From positions 5,084,001-5,148,000 of the forward strand of contig CM119376.1 of assembly GCA_051294905.1 (NCBI GenBank): a stretch of 64,000 bases of DNA. The letters run 5' to 3'. Position numbers and translations under genes: made by a program. Origin of the DNA: Botryllus schlosseri. Its lineage: Eukaryota. Shown piece by piece: positions 63,751 to 64,000 of the stretch. Each line of letters opens with the position of its first letter. Positions within the stretch are counted from its first letter, which is position 1. The notes below the pieces were generated by a model, which was not told the DNA's origin, did not search any database, and was given only the letters and a program-made list of their open reading frames with translations.

Positions 63751-64000
63751 CAGTGGTTCTTAAACCTTTTTTCCTCCAGCGACCCCTTTCAAAATTTCTC
63801 ATGCTCTGGCCCCCCCCACCCCCACCCCATATTGTAAGAACTGTAATAAAAACAATGGGTAATAATAAATGATGGTCTTGGGCATACATAGCGTGATAAA
63901 TCAAACTTCTGGAAACTTCGCTCCCAAGAACCCCGTCGCGTGATTTCGATGGTCAGCGAAGTTTATGTGACCAGGTCGCCCTATGCGCCAATATTTTCTA
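63751..64000. mobile_element. Left end of a family C-like MITE running off the window
   Basis: cagtggttcttaaacctttt...cgacccctttcaaa, resembling 16678 and 43617. Confidence 0.5.

Overview
Eukaryotic (invertebrate animal) nuclear DNA with GT-AG introns and the standard code; an ascidian/tunicate origin is plausible but is only inference. By manual splicing I can support six conserved genes: IARS2 (minus, 15 exons, 984 aa), RPP21 (minus, single exon), an ERICH3/DUF4590 protein with a C-terminal LRR region (plus, 2 exons), NAA10 (plus, 2 exons), MFSD13A/TMEM180 (minus, 10 exons) and the 5' part of NOP14 (plus). There is also a 3.2-kb single-exon ORF with seven CUB repeats whose 5' end is unresolved, and an orphan signal-peptide exon. 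Introns and intergenic DNA are packed with non-autonomous DNA transposons, most with CAG/TAG termini and 8-bp target-site duplications (hAT-like), plus tRNA-derived SINEs, L2/CR1-like LINE remnants and a Gypsy remnant. No autonomous transposase, rRNA or CRISPR was seen. The most notable observations are a four-level nested transposon stack, a candidate RPP21-IARS2 trans-spliced operon, the ERICH3-LRR architecture, the giant CUB exon, and TSD-bounded elements carrying coding-like cargo. I found no clear evidence of a wholly new biological system. All homology calls are from recalled protein motifs, not database searches.
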